From a virus (lineage: Duplodnaviria; Caudoviricetes), in IMG/VR virus record IMGVR_UViG_3300050142_000050, positions 1-64,000 of that record: a stretch of 64,000 nucleotides of DNA; one strand, 5' to 3'. Below, piece by piece: positions 18,769 through 28,382 of this stretch. The translations under genes were made by a program, and so were the position numbers. Each line of letters opens with the position of its first letter. Position 1 is the stretch's first letter. Below the pieces are notes generated by a model. It ran no database searches, was not told the DNA's origin, and worked only from the letters and a program-made list of their open reading frames with translations.

Positions 18769-19590
18769 ATGTCAAAAGAAATCAATACCCCTAAGGTAAT
18801 CCCTCCTCTCTGCGACATCCGTAATGCACCTCCGTCGAAGGAGTCGCATCTCATAATGCTCACCCGAACGGAAGATGGTCACACTCTGGCCGTCTTCTAT
18901 GATTCGACCAAACATGAATATCGCAAGATGCCAGTCGGTAATAGTGACTCTGCATATTCTCTCAGCGGCTACGTGGTCATCATCGGATGCCACGATGACG
19001 GGTGTCCTTGGGTCAAATCCTCCCATCGGATCTTCGATACTGCCCATATGGCTGAAGATGCAGACACCACAGCGTTGATGGTCCGAGAGGATGATACCCA
19101 TGATCTGTTCGTACTCTACACAGACGAGGGGCAGAATCGTGCTGTACGATCGAATAAGATCACCAGGGTCGGTACTTCGATAGAAGATACATCTGAGAAC
19201 AAAGGCCAGAAGACTCTCGGATATATCGCCAATGCGCGTATCACCGACGACTATCGTCTGGTCTTCGGGAAGCATATCGATCCCAGCAAAGGCTTTGAGG
19301 TCTTCAGGAGTTTGATCAAAAACTCAGTGGGTGGTGATCTATGTGCAATGGGAGCGCTACCCATTTGGAGTGATCTCCCTCCAGAGGGTCATTATTTCAT
19401 CGGCGAATACGTCAATGATCACGGAATCGATTATCTGTCTTTCTACGGTCACGGAGGGATTTACAATCTAGTGTCCCTTCCTGGGATGGTGGTACCGACA
19501 TCGACTGAGATTGTGACCGTTGGTGATGACATGAAGGTCACTAAGGTCGAGCGCATCGCAGGGACTGCGGATGACCCGTCCACGGCTTGA
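18769..19590 (+). CDS. Hypothetical protein, paralog family B
   Basis: AGGAG RBS; motif VFYDSTKHEYRKMP. Confidence 0.7.
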   Translation: MSKEINTPKVIPPLCDIRNAPPSKESHLIMLTRTEDGHTLAVFYDSTKHEYRKMPVGNSDSAYSLSGYVVIIGCHDDGCPWVKSSHRIFDTAHMAEDADTTALMVREDDTHDLFVLYTDEGQNRAVRSNKITRVGTSIEDTSENKGQKTLGYIANARITDDYRLVFGKHIDPSKGFEVFRSLIKNSVGGDLCAMGALPIWSDLPPEGHYFIGEYVNDHGIDYLSFYGHGGIYNLVSLPGMVVPTSTEIVTVGDDMKVTKVERIAGTADDPSTA

Positions 19591-19632
19591 GAGGACCGGA
19601 AGTCGTTCTGCGATCAGAACCGAAATCATGTC

Positions 19633-20187
19633 ATGACTGTGGGTCGACAAAAGCATCTCCTTCAGGACAGTTTGTTGGTACGGTTCGATAACAGCATCGC
19701 TAATATGGTTAGGAATAGGTTTGGGTTCGATCGATCGGGTGACGTACTATGTTTCGGTGAGCGTCGATTGATGTCGCCCGCTGGTTCGCGTGTCGGCTGT
19801 ACCCCATGTCCGAGTCTGGCCGGGATCTGGTTCGCGACTGAGGGGAAGATGATAGATCTTCGTTGGGGTAGTCCTCCCATCATCGTCGATGATCTGTACA
19901 TCAAGATGATCCGAAAAGGTGATCTTGCTATCATCATCACGGTGTACAAAGGTGCCATCAAGACGTTCGAGATCGCAAATGATTCCGATATGCGCAACTT
20001 CCTGACATTCTACAAGGGATCTCGTCAGAATAAGCCCGACCCATGCAATATCGGTGAGGCACCCACCCCTGTTGGTAGTGACCGGGATCTTCTCGTGTAC
20101 ATGGCCGAAGAGACCGACGATGGTGTGAAATGGAACCAAGTGGTCTCTGACAACAGTGGTATCATTGTGAACCGAAGCTCACAATAA
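19633..20187 (+). CDS. Hypothetical protein
   Basis: Last ORF of the + strand run, followed by a hairpin at 20191-20218. Confidence 0.6.
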   Translation: MTVGRQKHLLQDSLLVRFDNSIANMVRNRFGFDRSGDVLCFGERRLMSPAGSRVGCTPCPSLAGIWFATEGKMIDLRWGSPPIIVDDLYIKMIRKGDLAIIITVYKGAIKTFEIANDSDMRNFLTFYKGSRQNKPDPCNIGEAPTPVGSDRDLLVYMAEETDDGVKWNQVVSDNSGIIVNRSSQ

Positions 20188-20223
20188 GGCCAGGTGGAGG
20201 GCTCGCGCCCTCCACCTGTTACC

Positions 20224-21036
20224 TCACAGTGTTTTCACAGTCTTGATCAACTGGCGATAGTCTTCGGTAAAGCAGTATTCGATCTGCTGGAAATGTTCCA
20301 AGACAGTTCCATAGATCGCCAGACGCCATGCCAGCGACATCAGAGTCTTCGCCAGAACCTCCTTGTCGGAAGCCTTGTCGATCTTCATGTTCCGATGGGA
20401 AGCCGTGATCTGTCGCAGTAAGTCATTGATCTTGACGATGCGAGGATATTCCTTCTCCAAGAGAGGGATCAGCTTCTGCGCATATTCGCGCATCTGGCGG
20501 ACACCACCCGGGAAGGCCTTATCGGCAGTCATATGGCCTGCACCCACGGTCGAGAAGAGCTTGGATACGACCGCATGGTCCTTATCCTGTTCCTTCTTCC
20601 CATAGACGACGATATTGGGCACCTTGTCGTTCGAATCATCATCGATGTAATCGTAGACATCCTCCACGTCCTTGTAGAGTTCATCGCTCTTGACGCTCTG
20701 GAGGACCTTGATCAGACCATCGATGGTTTCAGGATAGTTACCGACCATGGTCTTGGGAGTGTGGAAAATGATCGAGTCCATTTCGAGGACAGGAGCATGG
20801 TCTTCGACTTCCTTGATCACTCGCGGCGAACGCATGAACAAGACCTGGAGATCGATGTGGGAGAACTCACGCAGGTAGTTGGTATAACCGCGAATGAAGT
20901 TACCCATGTAGTAGGAAATGAAGTCCTTCGCGCGGGCTCCGAACGAAAGTGCTTCCAGACCATAAGGGTCATCGATCAAGAATTCCAAGCGCTTGAGCTG
21001 CTTGTTCATCTCGGTTTGAAAGTTATGCTCGGACAT
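20224..21036 (-). CDS. Putative virion (head) protein
   Basis: N-terminal GLEALS possible protease site; helical; in a late minus-strand operon. Confidence 0.55.
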   Translation of the reverse strand: MSEHNFQTEMNKQLKRLEFLIDDPYGLEALSFGARAKDFISYYMGNFIRGYTNYLREFSHIDLQVLFMRSPRVIKEVEDHAPVLEMDSIIFHTPKTMVGNYPETIDGLIKVLQSVKSDELYKDVEDVYDYIDDDSNDKVPNIVVYGKKEQDKDHAVVSKLFSTVGAGHMTADKAFPGGVRQMREYAQKLIPLLEKEYPRIVKINDLLRQITASHRNMKIDKASDKEVLAKTLMSLAWRLAIYGTVLEHFQQIEYCFTEDYRQLIKTVKTL

Positions 21037-22483
21037 CGGTCAAGAACTCCAGAGTTTGATGGTTGTCGCCCATGGCGTAAAGATTGGCTGAGATCAGATG
21101 ACCATCACATTTCCCGAAGGTCAGCGCAGTGATATCCAAGCGCGGGAACGAACCCGTGATAGTTACCCTGGGGAGGTCATTGATCTTGAAAGCGATACGC
21201 CCTCGGGTGTAGCTGAATGCGAACGTGTTCACGCCGTCAGACAGGCCCAGAGCGGCTCTGATGGTACCGTCCACACTGAAGAAGACTGTGTCCCGATTGC
21301 GGACCACAACGATCTTGTCCAGGGTCAAGACTGGTACTGAGAAATCAGCACCTTTATTGTCGACTGCGAAGTCGTAGGTAAAGCTCCCTGTCAGAGCATC
21401 CATCTGGGGATAACCCACAAAGTAAGACAGATCGATTGTCTGTCCCGAACAGTAGGTGGTTGCAGATAGAGACACCGGAGTGGGTTGGTTACCCAGTGCG
21501 CGCGATGTGAATGCATGAGCCACCGCAAAGATCGCACGAGGTGAAAGACCGTTACGATCCGACAGATCCTCTGCGTCATCGTAGTACCTCACAGAAATGC
21601 CCTGAGAAGGGTTTGTAGCCCGTGTACGGTAGCGGACGGACACTCGTGACACATCGCCTCGGATCGGCGCCATACGGACCGCAGGACCGTCATTCACGAT
21701 AGTCGTGGACTGTGAGTCGAAGTCGATCAGAGTGTAGGAGTCAGGATCACCCTTACAGAACACCTTGAAGACAGAGCCAGCACGCTCACGCTTGAGGTAG
21801 AAGGTGGTCGTGTAACCAGTGGAAGCAACAGTCGTGGATGCGATGTCCACACCGAATACACCATAGGTGTTTGTCTCACGAATGGTCTTGAAGTTGAAAG
21901 GATAACCTCCCAAAGTCTGATCCGTACCAAAGGTGGTATTGACCAAGACACCTGCTTGAGAATCCCAAGTGCCCGTGTTCGTATAGGTGATGTCATTGAA
22001 CAGTGGTACTGTACCGATGCCCAGGGTGAAATCACCGTAGGAGTCGACCCCATATTGACTGGCCACTTCCATAACACCACCGTTGCGGGTACGGTAACGA
22101 TTCGTCACCGGTGTGATGTTTTGCAAGGTACCATTGATGAAGGGGAGGTTGTAGGCTGCAATAAGCGACCACATCGGTGGGAGGTCAGGTACGGTACCTG
22201 GCATCACCTTACTCACGATCGTGTCGATGTAGACAGGTGTAACCTGTTCCACAGTCACACGGTGAGGATTGGAGAAGTCAGCCAAGTGATCATCGATCTG
22301 TTCCTCTTGTTCCATCAAGAAACTCTGAGAAACGAAGTTTTCACCGTTCTGGAGGTACTCATAGAGAGCAGCCAGCGAGAAGCCTGTACCTACCGGAGGT
22401 ACATTACCAGATTTTTCAGAAGCATCAAAGCCTCCGATCGACCCACTGGTGTGCGGATATAGCGGAATGTTGTTATCAGCCAT
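21023..22483 (-). CDS. Putative virion/tail-associated protein
   Basis: HLADFSNPHRVT motif typical of jumbo phage tail-associated proteins; beta-rich. Confidence 0.6.
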   Translation of the reverse strand: MADNNIPLYPHTSGSIGGFDASEKSGNVPPVGTGFSLAALYEYLQNGENFVSQSFLMEQEEQIDDHLADFSNPHRVTVEQVTPVYIDTIVSKVMPGTVPDLPPMWSLIAAYNLPFINGTLQNITPVTNRYRTRNGGVMEVASQYGVDSYGDFTLGIGTVPLFNDITYTNTGTWDSQAGVLVNTTFGTDQTLGGYPFNFKTIRETNTYGVFGVDIASTTVASTGYTTTFYLKRERAGSVFKVFCKGDPDSYTLIDFDSQSTTIVNDGPAVRMAPIRGDVSRVSVRYRTRATNPSQGISVRYYDDAEDLSDRNGLSPRAIFAVAHAFTSRALGNQPTPVSLSATTYCSGQTIDLSYFVGYPQMDALTGSFTYDFAVDNKGADFSVPVLTLDKIVVVRNRDTVFFSVDGTIRAALGLSDGVNTFAFSYTRGRIAFKINDLPRVTITGSFPRLDITALTFGKCDGHLISANLYAMGDNHQTLEFLTDVRA

Positions 22484-22500
22484 GATCTGATCCTAACTCA

Positions 22501-23718
22501 TTAAGCCCGGTCAAAGACTAGCAGGCTGCGGATACTGAACTGGGATGTCTGGAGGACATCTCCTGTCTCCAGGACAAAGTCCACTCCGTCACTACCGGAG
22601 ATAGAAGGACTACCCAATTTGGTATCACCAAAATCCAAAGTAGATTTCGTGATGCGGTTCCCCGAGCTGTCTGTGATGTAATTACCACTTTCATCGACGA
22701 GATAGACAGCAGCACGACCACCTGCTTCGGTATAGGTGTGCTTAGTGGTATCCTCGATCGTCACTACCTGATGATAGGTCGTAAAGGGCATGACCACTGG
22801 ACCCACATTCGTGGTGTGGGTGGATACGATCCCCTCATTGATGACGGTGTATGTCAAAGTACCATCAGGTGTCAGTTCGAGGACGAGCCTACCGTCATTG
22901 GTGAAAACTCCATCTGGATCAGTCTGCTCAGATCCATCGAAGAGGATAGATAGCTTACGATCCTGATCGACTCCGATATCGATCGTGCGGGTACCATTGG
23001 AGAAGGTCACGATCGTGGATCGTTCTGGTGGGTAACCGATATAGGTGAGGTCCACACCTAGTCGATCGAGACTACCTTCGATTTGTGTGGTGAATCCCAT
23101 GGAGAGGTCCCCAGGGATCATGAAGGGAGAAGTCGATGATGTCGAGAAGATCGCATTCCACTGTTCAAGTGGGAGGACGTCATCGCAGTGCTGGATATAA
23201 CGCTTATCCGTCAGGGTGGTACTGAAAGGAAGGCGATAGAGTTCCTGCTCCGTGACGAGCCAAGTACCGACCACGAGCGACTCATTGCGTTCAGGGTTGT
23301 CGCAATGGCGATAGTCGATCGACACTGATGGATAGATGTTGCGAGGTACCAGACCATTCTCATTGGTCACCGAGTTGTAGAGCATGCGGTTGAGTTGTAC
23401 TCTGCGCAGTACTTCCAGTAAGAGATAACCAGACCCCACAGTCGTGTCATATGTGATGCGCGATACAGGTGTGGTGACCATTTGGTTATAGGTACCATAT
23501 ACCTTATCGAGTACCAGATTGGTTACCGATGCACTGTCATTGTGAGGATCATCATAGTCCACCCCATGATCGGTGAACAAAGAGGCCTTTACCTTGAACG
23601 AGTTATGTTTCTCATGGACGTCAGACAAAATAGTGACTACGTCAGTATATGTCTCCGGCTTGAGGAGATCACCGTGATTATTGTTTACGGCGACCCAGTC
23701 TTTTAATATGGTAGACAT
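22501..23718 (-). CDS. Putative virion structural protein
   Basis: DHGVDYDDPH variant of the same motif; Thr/Asp-rich beta composition. Confidence 0.55.
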   Translation of the reverse strand: MSTILKDWVAVNNNHGDLLKPETYTDVVTILSDVHEKHNSFKVKASLFTDHGVDYDDPHNDSASVTNLVLDKVYGTYNQMVTTPVSRITYDTTVGSGYLLLEVLRRVQLNRMLYNSVTNENGLVPRNIYPSVSIDYRHCDNPERNESLVVGTWLVTEQELYRLPFSTTLTDKRYIQHCDDVLPLEQWNAIFSTSSTSPFMIPGDLSMGFTTQIEGSLDRLGVDLTYIGYPPERSTIVTFSNGTRTIDIGVDQDRKLSILFDGSEQTDPDGVFTNDGRLVLELTPDGTLTYTVINEGIVSTHTTNVGPVVMPFTTYHQVVTIEDTTKHTYTEAGGRAAVYLVDESGNYITDSSGNRITKSTLDFGDTKLGSPSISGSDGVDFVLETGDVLQTSQFSIRSLLVFDRA

Positions 23719-23863
23719 GGAGCCGATACTCCCTATTAGGCCTATAATTCACATAGCATACGGTGGCCACAGGTAGGGCATAATACCGAAGTTTAATGTT
23801 TTCTGCTCCTGTCTGATGGTATGATCAATTCTAGAAATAATCACCTCGAAAGGTAGACTCCCC

Positions 23864-25342
23864 ATGGCAGGATTCAGCGTCCCTCTTTTTTCTACCGAAG
23901 GCACTGAAGAGGATAGTGCCGGCTATCGTCCCTATATCAACACGGGTACCAACCTCGATATCCTGAACGGGAAGTTCATTGCAGGGTTCGATGGTCGTGT
24001 GATCCTCTCTGGTGGTCTGGGTAACACCACAGCCACTATTGCCGAAGGTAACAAGTTCAAATCCACGTGGCAGCATGGTAACATGGTAGGTGCCATGGAA
24101 CGCTGGCCTGGCAGCCAGGGTCGTATCTATGAGACCGAGTTCGGTTCGATCGATACCGGACGTATCTCACGTATGTCTCAATTCCATCATGATGATCCTG
24201 AGAAGCGGGCGCTCCACGTGGCCGACCTCTCTCAGCGTATCAAGGTCTATGACGTGGGTACTGAGACGGGTGAACACTTGGAGTCCTTTATGGACTACAT
24301 GCGTGAGATCCGTGATGAGAAGATGAAGAATGCCAAGAGTTGGACTGTCGAGACTGAAGTAGCTGATCCCTTCACTGGGAAGCCTTATCGGATGCTCTTC
24401 CCCACATTCATCGGCATTGACTCTTGGTCAGAAGCTCTGGTGAAACACGTCGATACTCGTAATGAGAGTTATGACGGGGACACCGAGATGAAAGAGAAGC
24501 GCACCATCCATTTGGATGAAGGTTGGAACAAGTCGTACCTGATGCGGCAGCTCCCTGGTATCTGTGTACAAGGTGGGTTGTACACCATGCTGACTGCCCA
24601 CTTGGGTAAGAAGTTTGCGATGGACCCAGGTAAGCCCAATAAGAAAGACCTGACTCACATGGGTCAGGATGAAATGGCCAAGGGTGTCGGACCCAAGTTC
24701 CTCTTCTTGATGAACACCATCATCAAGATCGCCAATGCGACTGAATTGCGGCATGATGCCGACAAAAGCCAGACGCGCTATCCCTCCAAGAATTCCTATG
24801 TGTCGGCCACCGACCTCATGGAACTCGCGCTGGTGATCGTGCGCAGTAAGAATGGTGCTTCTGGCTATCAGGCTTCTGCTGTGGCCTCTCAGGCTGGTGG
24901 TATCATCCCTGGTCTGACTGACTATCGTAACTTGGGTGATAAGTTCAAGTATGCTGGTCTGGGAAGTGCCAACAAGGTACGTACTCCATGGCTCGACAAT
25001 TTGGATCTGGGTCGTACACGCATCTACGATCAAGCGCGCGATCCTTTCGTAGCACGTGCTCTGGAAATCACGTATCAGATCGCATTCATCCAGAGCAACT
25101 GGAACTTATCACTCCTACCTGCTCACTTCACCACACCTATCGATGATGTGGTGGAACTTCTCTCCAAGCAGGGGTATGCTACCAGCGACATCCTCCACTC
25201 GCGTGGATGGTGGACCTACACCGACTCTGGTATCGATATCCCTTACTTGTCGCTGGACGATATCTTGCGTATCGCCAGTGGGACTTACAAACCCAAGTTC
25301 ATTCCTGTGTCCAATCATACCGCACCCAAAAAGGATGCATAA
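23864..25342 (+). CDS. uvsX: UvsX/RecA-like recombinase
   Basis: INTGTNLDILNG, P-loop AEGNKFKST, YETE, Walker B IGIDS. Confidence 0.8.
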   Translation: MAGFSVPLFSTEGTEEDSAGYRPYINTGTNLDILNGKFIAGFDGRVILSGGLGNTTATIAEGNKFKSTWQHGNMVGAMERWPGSQGRIYETEFGSIDTGRISRMSQFHHDDPEKRALHVADLSQRIKVYDVGTETGEHLESFMDYMREIRDEKMKNAKSWTVETEVADPFTGKPYRMLFPTFIGIDSWSEALVKHVDTRNESYDGDTEMKEKRTIHLDEGWNKSYLMRQLPGICVQGGLYTMLTAHLGKKFAMDPGKPNKKDLTHMGQDEMAKGVGPKFLFLMNTIIKIANATELRHDADKSQTRYPSKNSYVSATDLMELALVIVRSKNGASGYQASAVASQAGGIIPGLTDYRNLGDKFKYAGLGSANKVRTPWLDNLDLGRTRIYDQARDPFVARALEITYQIAFIQSNWNLSLLPAHFTTPIDDVVELLSKQGYATSDILHSRGWWTYTDSGIDIPYLSLDDILRIASGTYKPKFIPVSNHTAPKKDA

Positions 25343-25379
25343 TGGAGGAGGATGGGCGTGAGCCCATCCTCCACTCATA

Positions 25380-26156
25380 TCAGAATGCAAACCATCCAGA
25401 GCCGTTGCACTTGATGAAGGCTTTGTTAGCGCCGCCACCTGCGGTGACAGGCTGATTCCAAGCACTCACTGGTACCGCTGCATCGGTGATGAAAGCGATG
25501 TAACCGAGCGAAGTAGGAGAGCAAGTCGGGAGTGCTCCAAACGCCACAGGATTGAGACGGAGGTTGTTGATCGTGACAGGTGCACTACCCTTGGGAGCGA
25601 TCGTCAGACCGATCGTAGTGTCCGTACCGCGAGGATAGATCTGCGCAGGAGAACCAGTGACTGATCCTCCAAGATAGACGCCATTGACATGGTTACCAGC
25701 CTGATAGAACTGATGGATCGAACTCCCAGCCGAGTTGTGGATCACCAAGCCTTGATCACTGTACTGGAGAGTACCAGCAATGGTGGTACCAGGCTTCACG
25801 CTGATGGAGAACTGACGGTTACCCGAGATGTTGGCCCACTTGATGTCCATCCCATTGATGAGATTGATCACATCAGCTGAGGATGCATTGTCGCAAGGAA
25901 TGGATGCCGGCGAGCCACACCCAAAGGTAATCGGCTGTCGGATCAATTGGACTGCTGTCCAGGTGTTGGGATTGACCAGGAGGAGGGCGAGTGCCTGATT
26001 GAGGGAAGCCCGGCGAGTGATGCCGTTCTGGACGACAGGGATCAGTTCCTGACCATTGAGGCTGGTCGTGATGGGGAGGTTAGCGATAGTGCTCTGACCA
26101 TACGCCACCTGAGGTGTGAGGACCAGGGCCAAGAAGGCTAAGAGGATGCGAAACAT
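25380..26156 (-). CDS. Signal-peptide-bearing, tail-fiber-like protein
   Basis: GGAG RBS and ATG at 26156; MFRILLAFLALVLTPQVAYG leader; C-terminal LPTC...GGGANKAFIKCNGSGW. Confidence 0.65.
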   Translation of the reverse strand: MFRILLAFLALVLTPQVAYGQSTIANLPITTSLNGQELIPVVQNGITRRASLNQALALLLVNPNTWTAVQLIRQPITFGCGSPASIPCDNASSADVINLINGMDIKWANISGNRQFSISVKPGTTIAGTLQYSDQGLVIHNSAGSSIHQFYQAGNHVNGVYLGGSVTGSPAQIYPRGTDTTIGLTIAPKGSAPVTINNLRLNPVAFGALPTCSPTSLGYIAFITDAAVPVSAWNQPVTAGGGANKAFIKCNGSGWFAF

Positions 26157-26210
26157 GATGGATTCTCCGATTTTATTGAGATTCAAACTATAGTCACTAA
26201 GGAGGCTACT

Positions 26211-26531
26211 ATGAAAGTCGAATACGATATCGATAAAATCAATCCTGAGGGCCGTGTGCGTGTGAACTTCATCTTCGGTGAAGGTCTGGAGCATCCCCAC
26301 CTCGTACGCGTCGTACGGGACTCTGAGGGCAATGTGAACAAAGAGCTCTTCGAAGAGGCTGTCAAGTCCATCGGTGATCTCCTCCTCAAATCGGTGACTA
26401 CTGTGGTCGAAACGATCGATGATGAAGCTGTCGATGAACAGATCGTGACCACCGAACCTATCGCTGAAGAGCCGGTGGTCGAAGTGGTCGAGACTCCTGT
26501 GAAGCCCAAACGTACTCGCAAGAAAAAATAA
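26211..26531 (+). CDS. Hypothetical protein with an acidic then basic tail
   Basis: AAGGAGG RBS, coding-like codon use. Confidence 0.75.
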   Translation: MKVEYDIDKINPEGRVRVNFIFGEGLEHPHLVRVVRDSEGNVNKELFEEAVKSIGDLLLKSVTTVVETIDDEAVDEQIVTTEPIAEEPVVEVVETPVKPKRTRKKK

Positions 26532-26638
26532 TGAGGATACCCCTACGATTCTGTTGACAGTCTCTGAGATATGAGTTATTGATTATCGTGTGGGTATCCC
26601 ATTTGGATATCTGTAGTTTCGGTTAAGCGGGGGTTAAC

Positions 26639-27076
26639 ATGGGGTCAGGGCTGGTATTCATGCCATTCGTCACATGGATCAATTACTTCTTCCCGTCTCT
26701 ATCCGGCTACACACACATCATCGCTCCTCTTCTGATGGTCGTCTTGGGTTTCTTCTCAGTAGCTACGAAGATCATGCCGATACCCGGTCATGTGTTCGAA
26801 GTCCCTGATTTGGAATCCATAGACGTGGAGCTCAAGGACAGTAGCGTCCTAGTGCTCTGGTCCACCAAACTGACGAGAGTGATGACAATCGGTGCAAACT
26901 GGTTGATTTCTACAAAGCCCTACGGGGTTATGTTTCGCGTAGCTCAGAGACTGAGAGTTGTCCATCGGATACAGACTATCCGAGAGGGCAAGAATAAAGG
27001 GTCTAAATTCTCCAAACCGGAGAAGTTCGTCCCTCACGTCGAAGATGAAGACAATAGGGGAAATTCCAATGACTGA
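26639..27076 (+). CDS. Membrane protein, holin/antiholin candidate
   Basis: N-terminal TM segments, charged C-terminus, close to the endolysin and spanin genes. Confidence 0.45.
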   Translation: MGSGLVFMPFVTWINYFFPSLSGYTHIIAPLLMVVLGFFSVATKIMPIPGHVFEVPDLESIDVELKDSSVLVLWSTKLTRVMTIGANWLISTKPYGVMFRVAQRLRVVHRIQTIREGKNKGSKFSKPEKFVPHVEDEDNRGNSND

Positions 27077-27638
27077 CGACAATGAATCGGGCAACAAACC
27101 CGTCAATCAGCAGGTGGTGGTACCTGAGATCGTGAAAATCCAGACCAACACCCCGAGTGCCACCGACTTCGAGAAGGTACTCGAGGTGCCCCACAAGCAT
27201 CGCACCAAGAAGATGATCGAAGCGGCACTGACGCTGGCTCGTGATTTCTTTGCAGCGGCAGGTGATATCCCTGACACGGTGGCTCGTCTGCGCGCTATGG
27301 TGAAGACTGCCGACAACACTGTCGAGAGCCTGATCACACAGCTCGATGAAGAACGTGCGCAGGCTACCAAGGATGCCGAAGAGAAGGATCGCATGATCGA
27401 GACTCTCCAGGTGACCATCACCCGTCTGGATGCGAAGGTCGCTGAACTGATAGATGTTCGCGACGGTCAGGCTATCAGACTCGATGTAGCACTGAATGAC
27501 GTCAAGAGTCTTCGTCATCGTAACGAGGAGCTCCTTCGCGCACATGACGGAATCGTCGGTCATCTGAAGAACGGTGAGATCGAACGCCCCGAACGTACTC
27601 GTCTGGCCAAGAAGATCATCAAGATCCTCATCGGCTAA
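27069..27638 (+). CDS. Coiled-coil protein
   Basis: ATG 27069 with RBS; heptad-rich C-terminal half. Confidence 0.7.
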   Translation: MTDDNESGNKPVNQQVVVPEIVKIQTNTPSATDFEKVLEVPHKHRTKKMIEAALTLARDFFAAAGDIPDTVARLRAMVKTADNTVESLITQLDEERAQATKDAEEKDRMIETLQVTITRLDAKVAELIDVRDGQAIRLDVALNDVKSLRHRNEELLRAHDGIVGHLKNGEIERPERTRLAKKIIKILIG

Positions 27639-27683
27639 AATACACCGATAGTGATAGGAGGGACCTCGCGGTCCCTCCTATCC

Positions 27684-28370
27684 TTATTTATCTGTTTTGA
27701 GTGCTTCAGGAGCACCGTCGCTCACGACGAACCATCCTCTAGCTACGCCTTCTTCGAAGAACTTGCGCAAGTAGAGGAGGACTGTTGTGTTTTCGACGAG
27801 GTGCTCGTACTCGTCTCGGGGGATGGATACCACTTCGGGAGCCACGTCTGGGCTACTGCCGCTTTTGGTATCACAATCGGTTCCACACACGCCGGCTGGG
27901 TGTTGAGATCCACCTTGAGTTGCTGCTGGCTGCAACACCCGGTTACTGCCACTACCAGGCCCAATGCGAATGCGAAGAGCATCAAGTGCTCTTTTGCTCG
28001 AGATATTGAGATCATTGTCCAGTCCTTTCGCTACTGGAGCACTCTCTTTGTGAAACCTTGCGTTCTCTTCTTCTTGCTTACGCCGGTTTTCCACTGACAC
28101 ACGAACCCTCTCGCTTATGCGATCCGTCAAAGATTTGATCTCTTTGAGGTTCTTTTCTCTTTCATCCTCGAATCCATCGAGGTTGAAAAGAGGTAGCGTC
28201 ACAATACGAAGGTTGATGTTAACATGGATACCTTCGATCCTCACCGTCTGGATAGCTCCAAACATGAAGAGGATACAGAGTGCTATGTTGAGGAAAGACA
28301 GGTTCTTGGGTAAGATACCTGTCAGAAACGCGCGGATACACGCGAATGCGGTGGTGACCATAGTGAACAT
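27684..28370 (-). CDS. Inner-membrane spanin (Rz-like)
   Basis: N-terminal TM, coiled coil, flexible linker, C-terminal helix; directly downstream of the endolysin. Confidence 0.7.
   Translation of the reverse strand: MFTMVTTAFACIRAFLTGILPKNLSFLNIALCILFMFGAIQTVRIEGIHVNINLRIVTLPLFNLDGFEDEREKNLKEIKSLTDRISERVRVSVENRRKQEEENARFHKESAPVAKGLDNDLNISSKRALDALRIRIGPGSGSNRVLQPAATQGGSQHPAGVCGTDCDTKSGSSPDVAPEVVSIPRDEYEHLVENTTVLLYLRKFFEEGVARGWFVVSDGAPEALKTDK
27743..27982 (-). CDS. Outer-membrane spanin lipoprotein (Rz1-like), fully embedded in the +1 frame of Rz
   Basis: MLFAFALGLVVAVTGC lipobox, Pro-rich mature part with a second Cys; same nested layout as lambda Rz/Rz1. Confidence 0.72.
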   Translation of the reverse strand: MLFAFALGLVVAVTGCCSQQQLKVDLNTQPACVEPIVIPKAAVAQTWLPKWYPSPETSTSTSSKTQQSSSTCASSSKKA

Positions 28371-28382
28371 GGGAAGTTGTCC

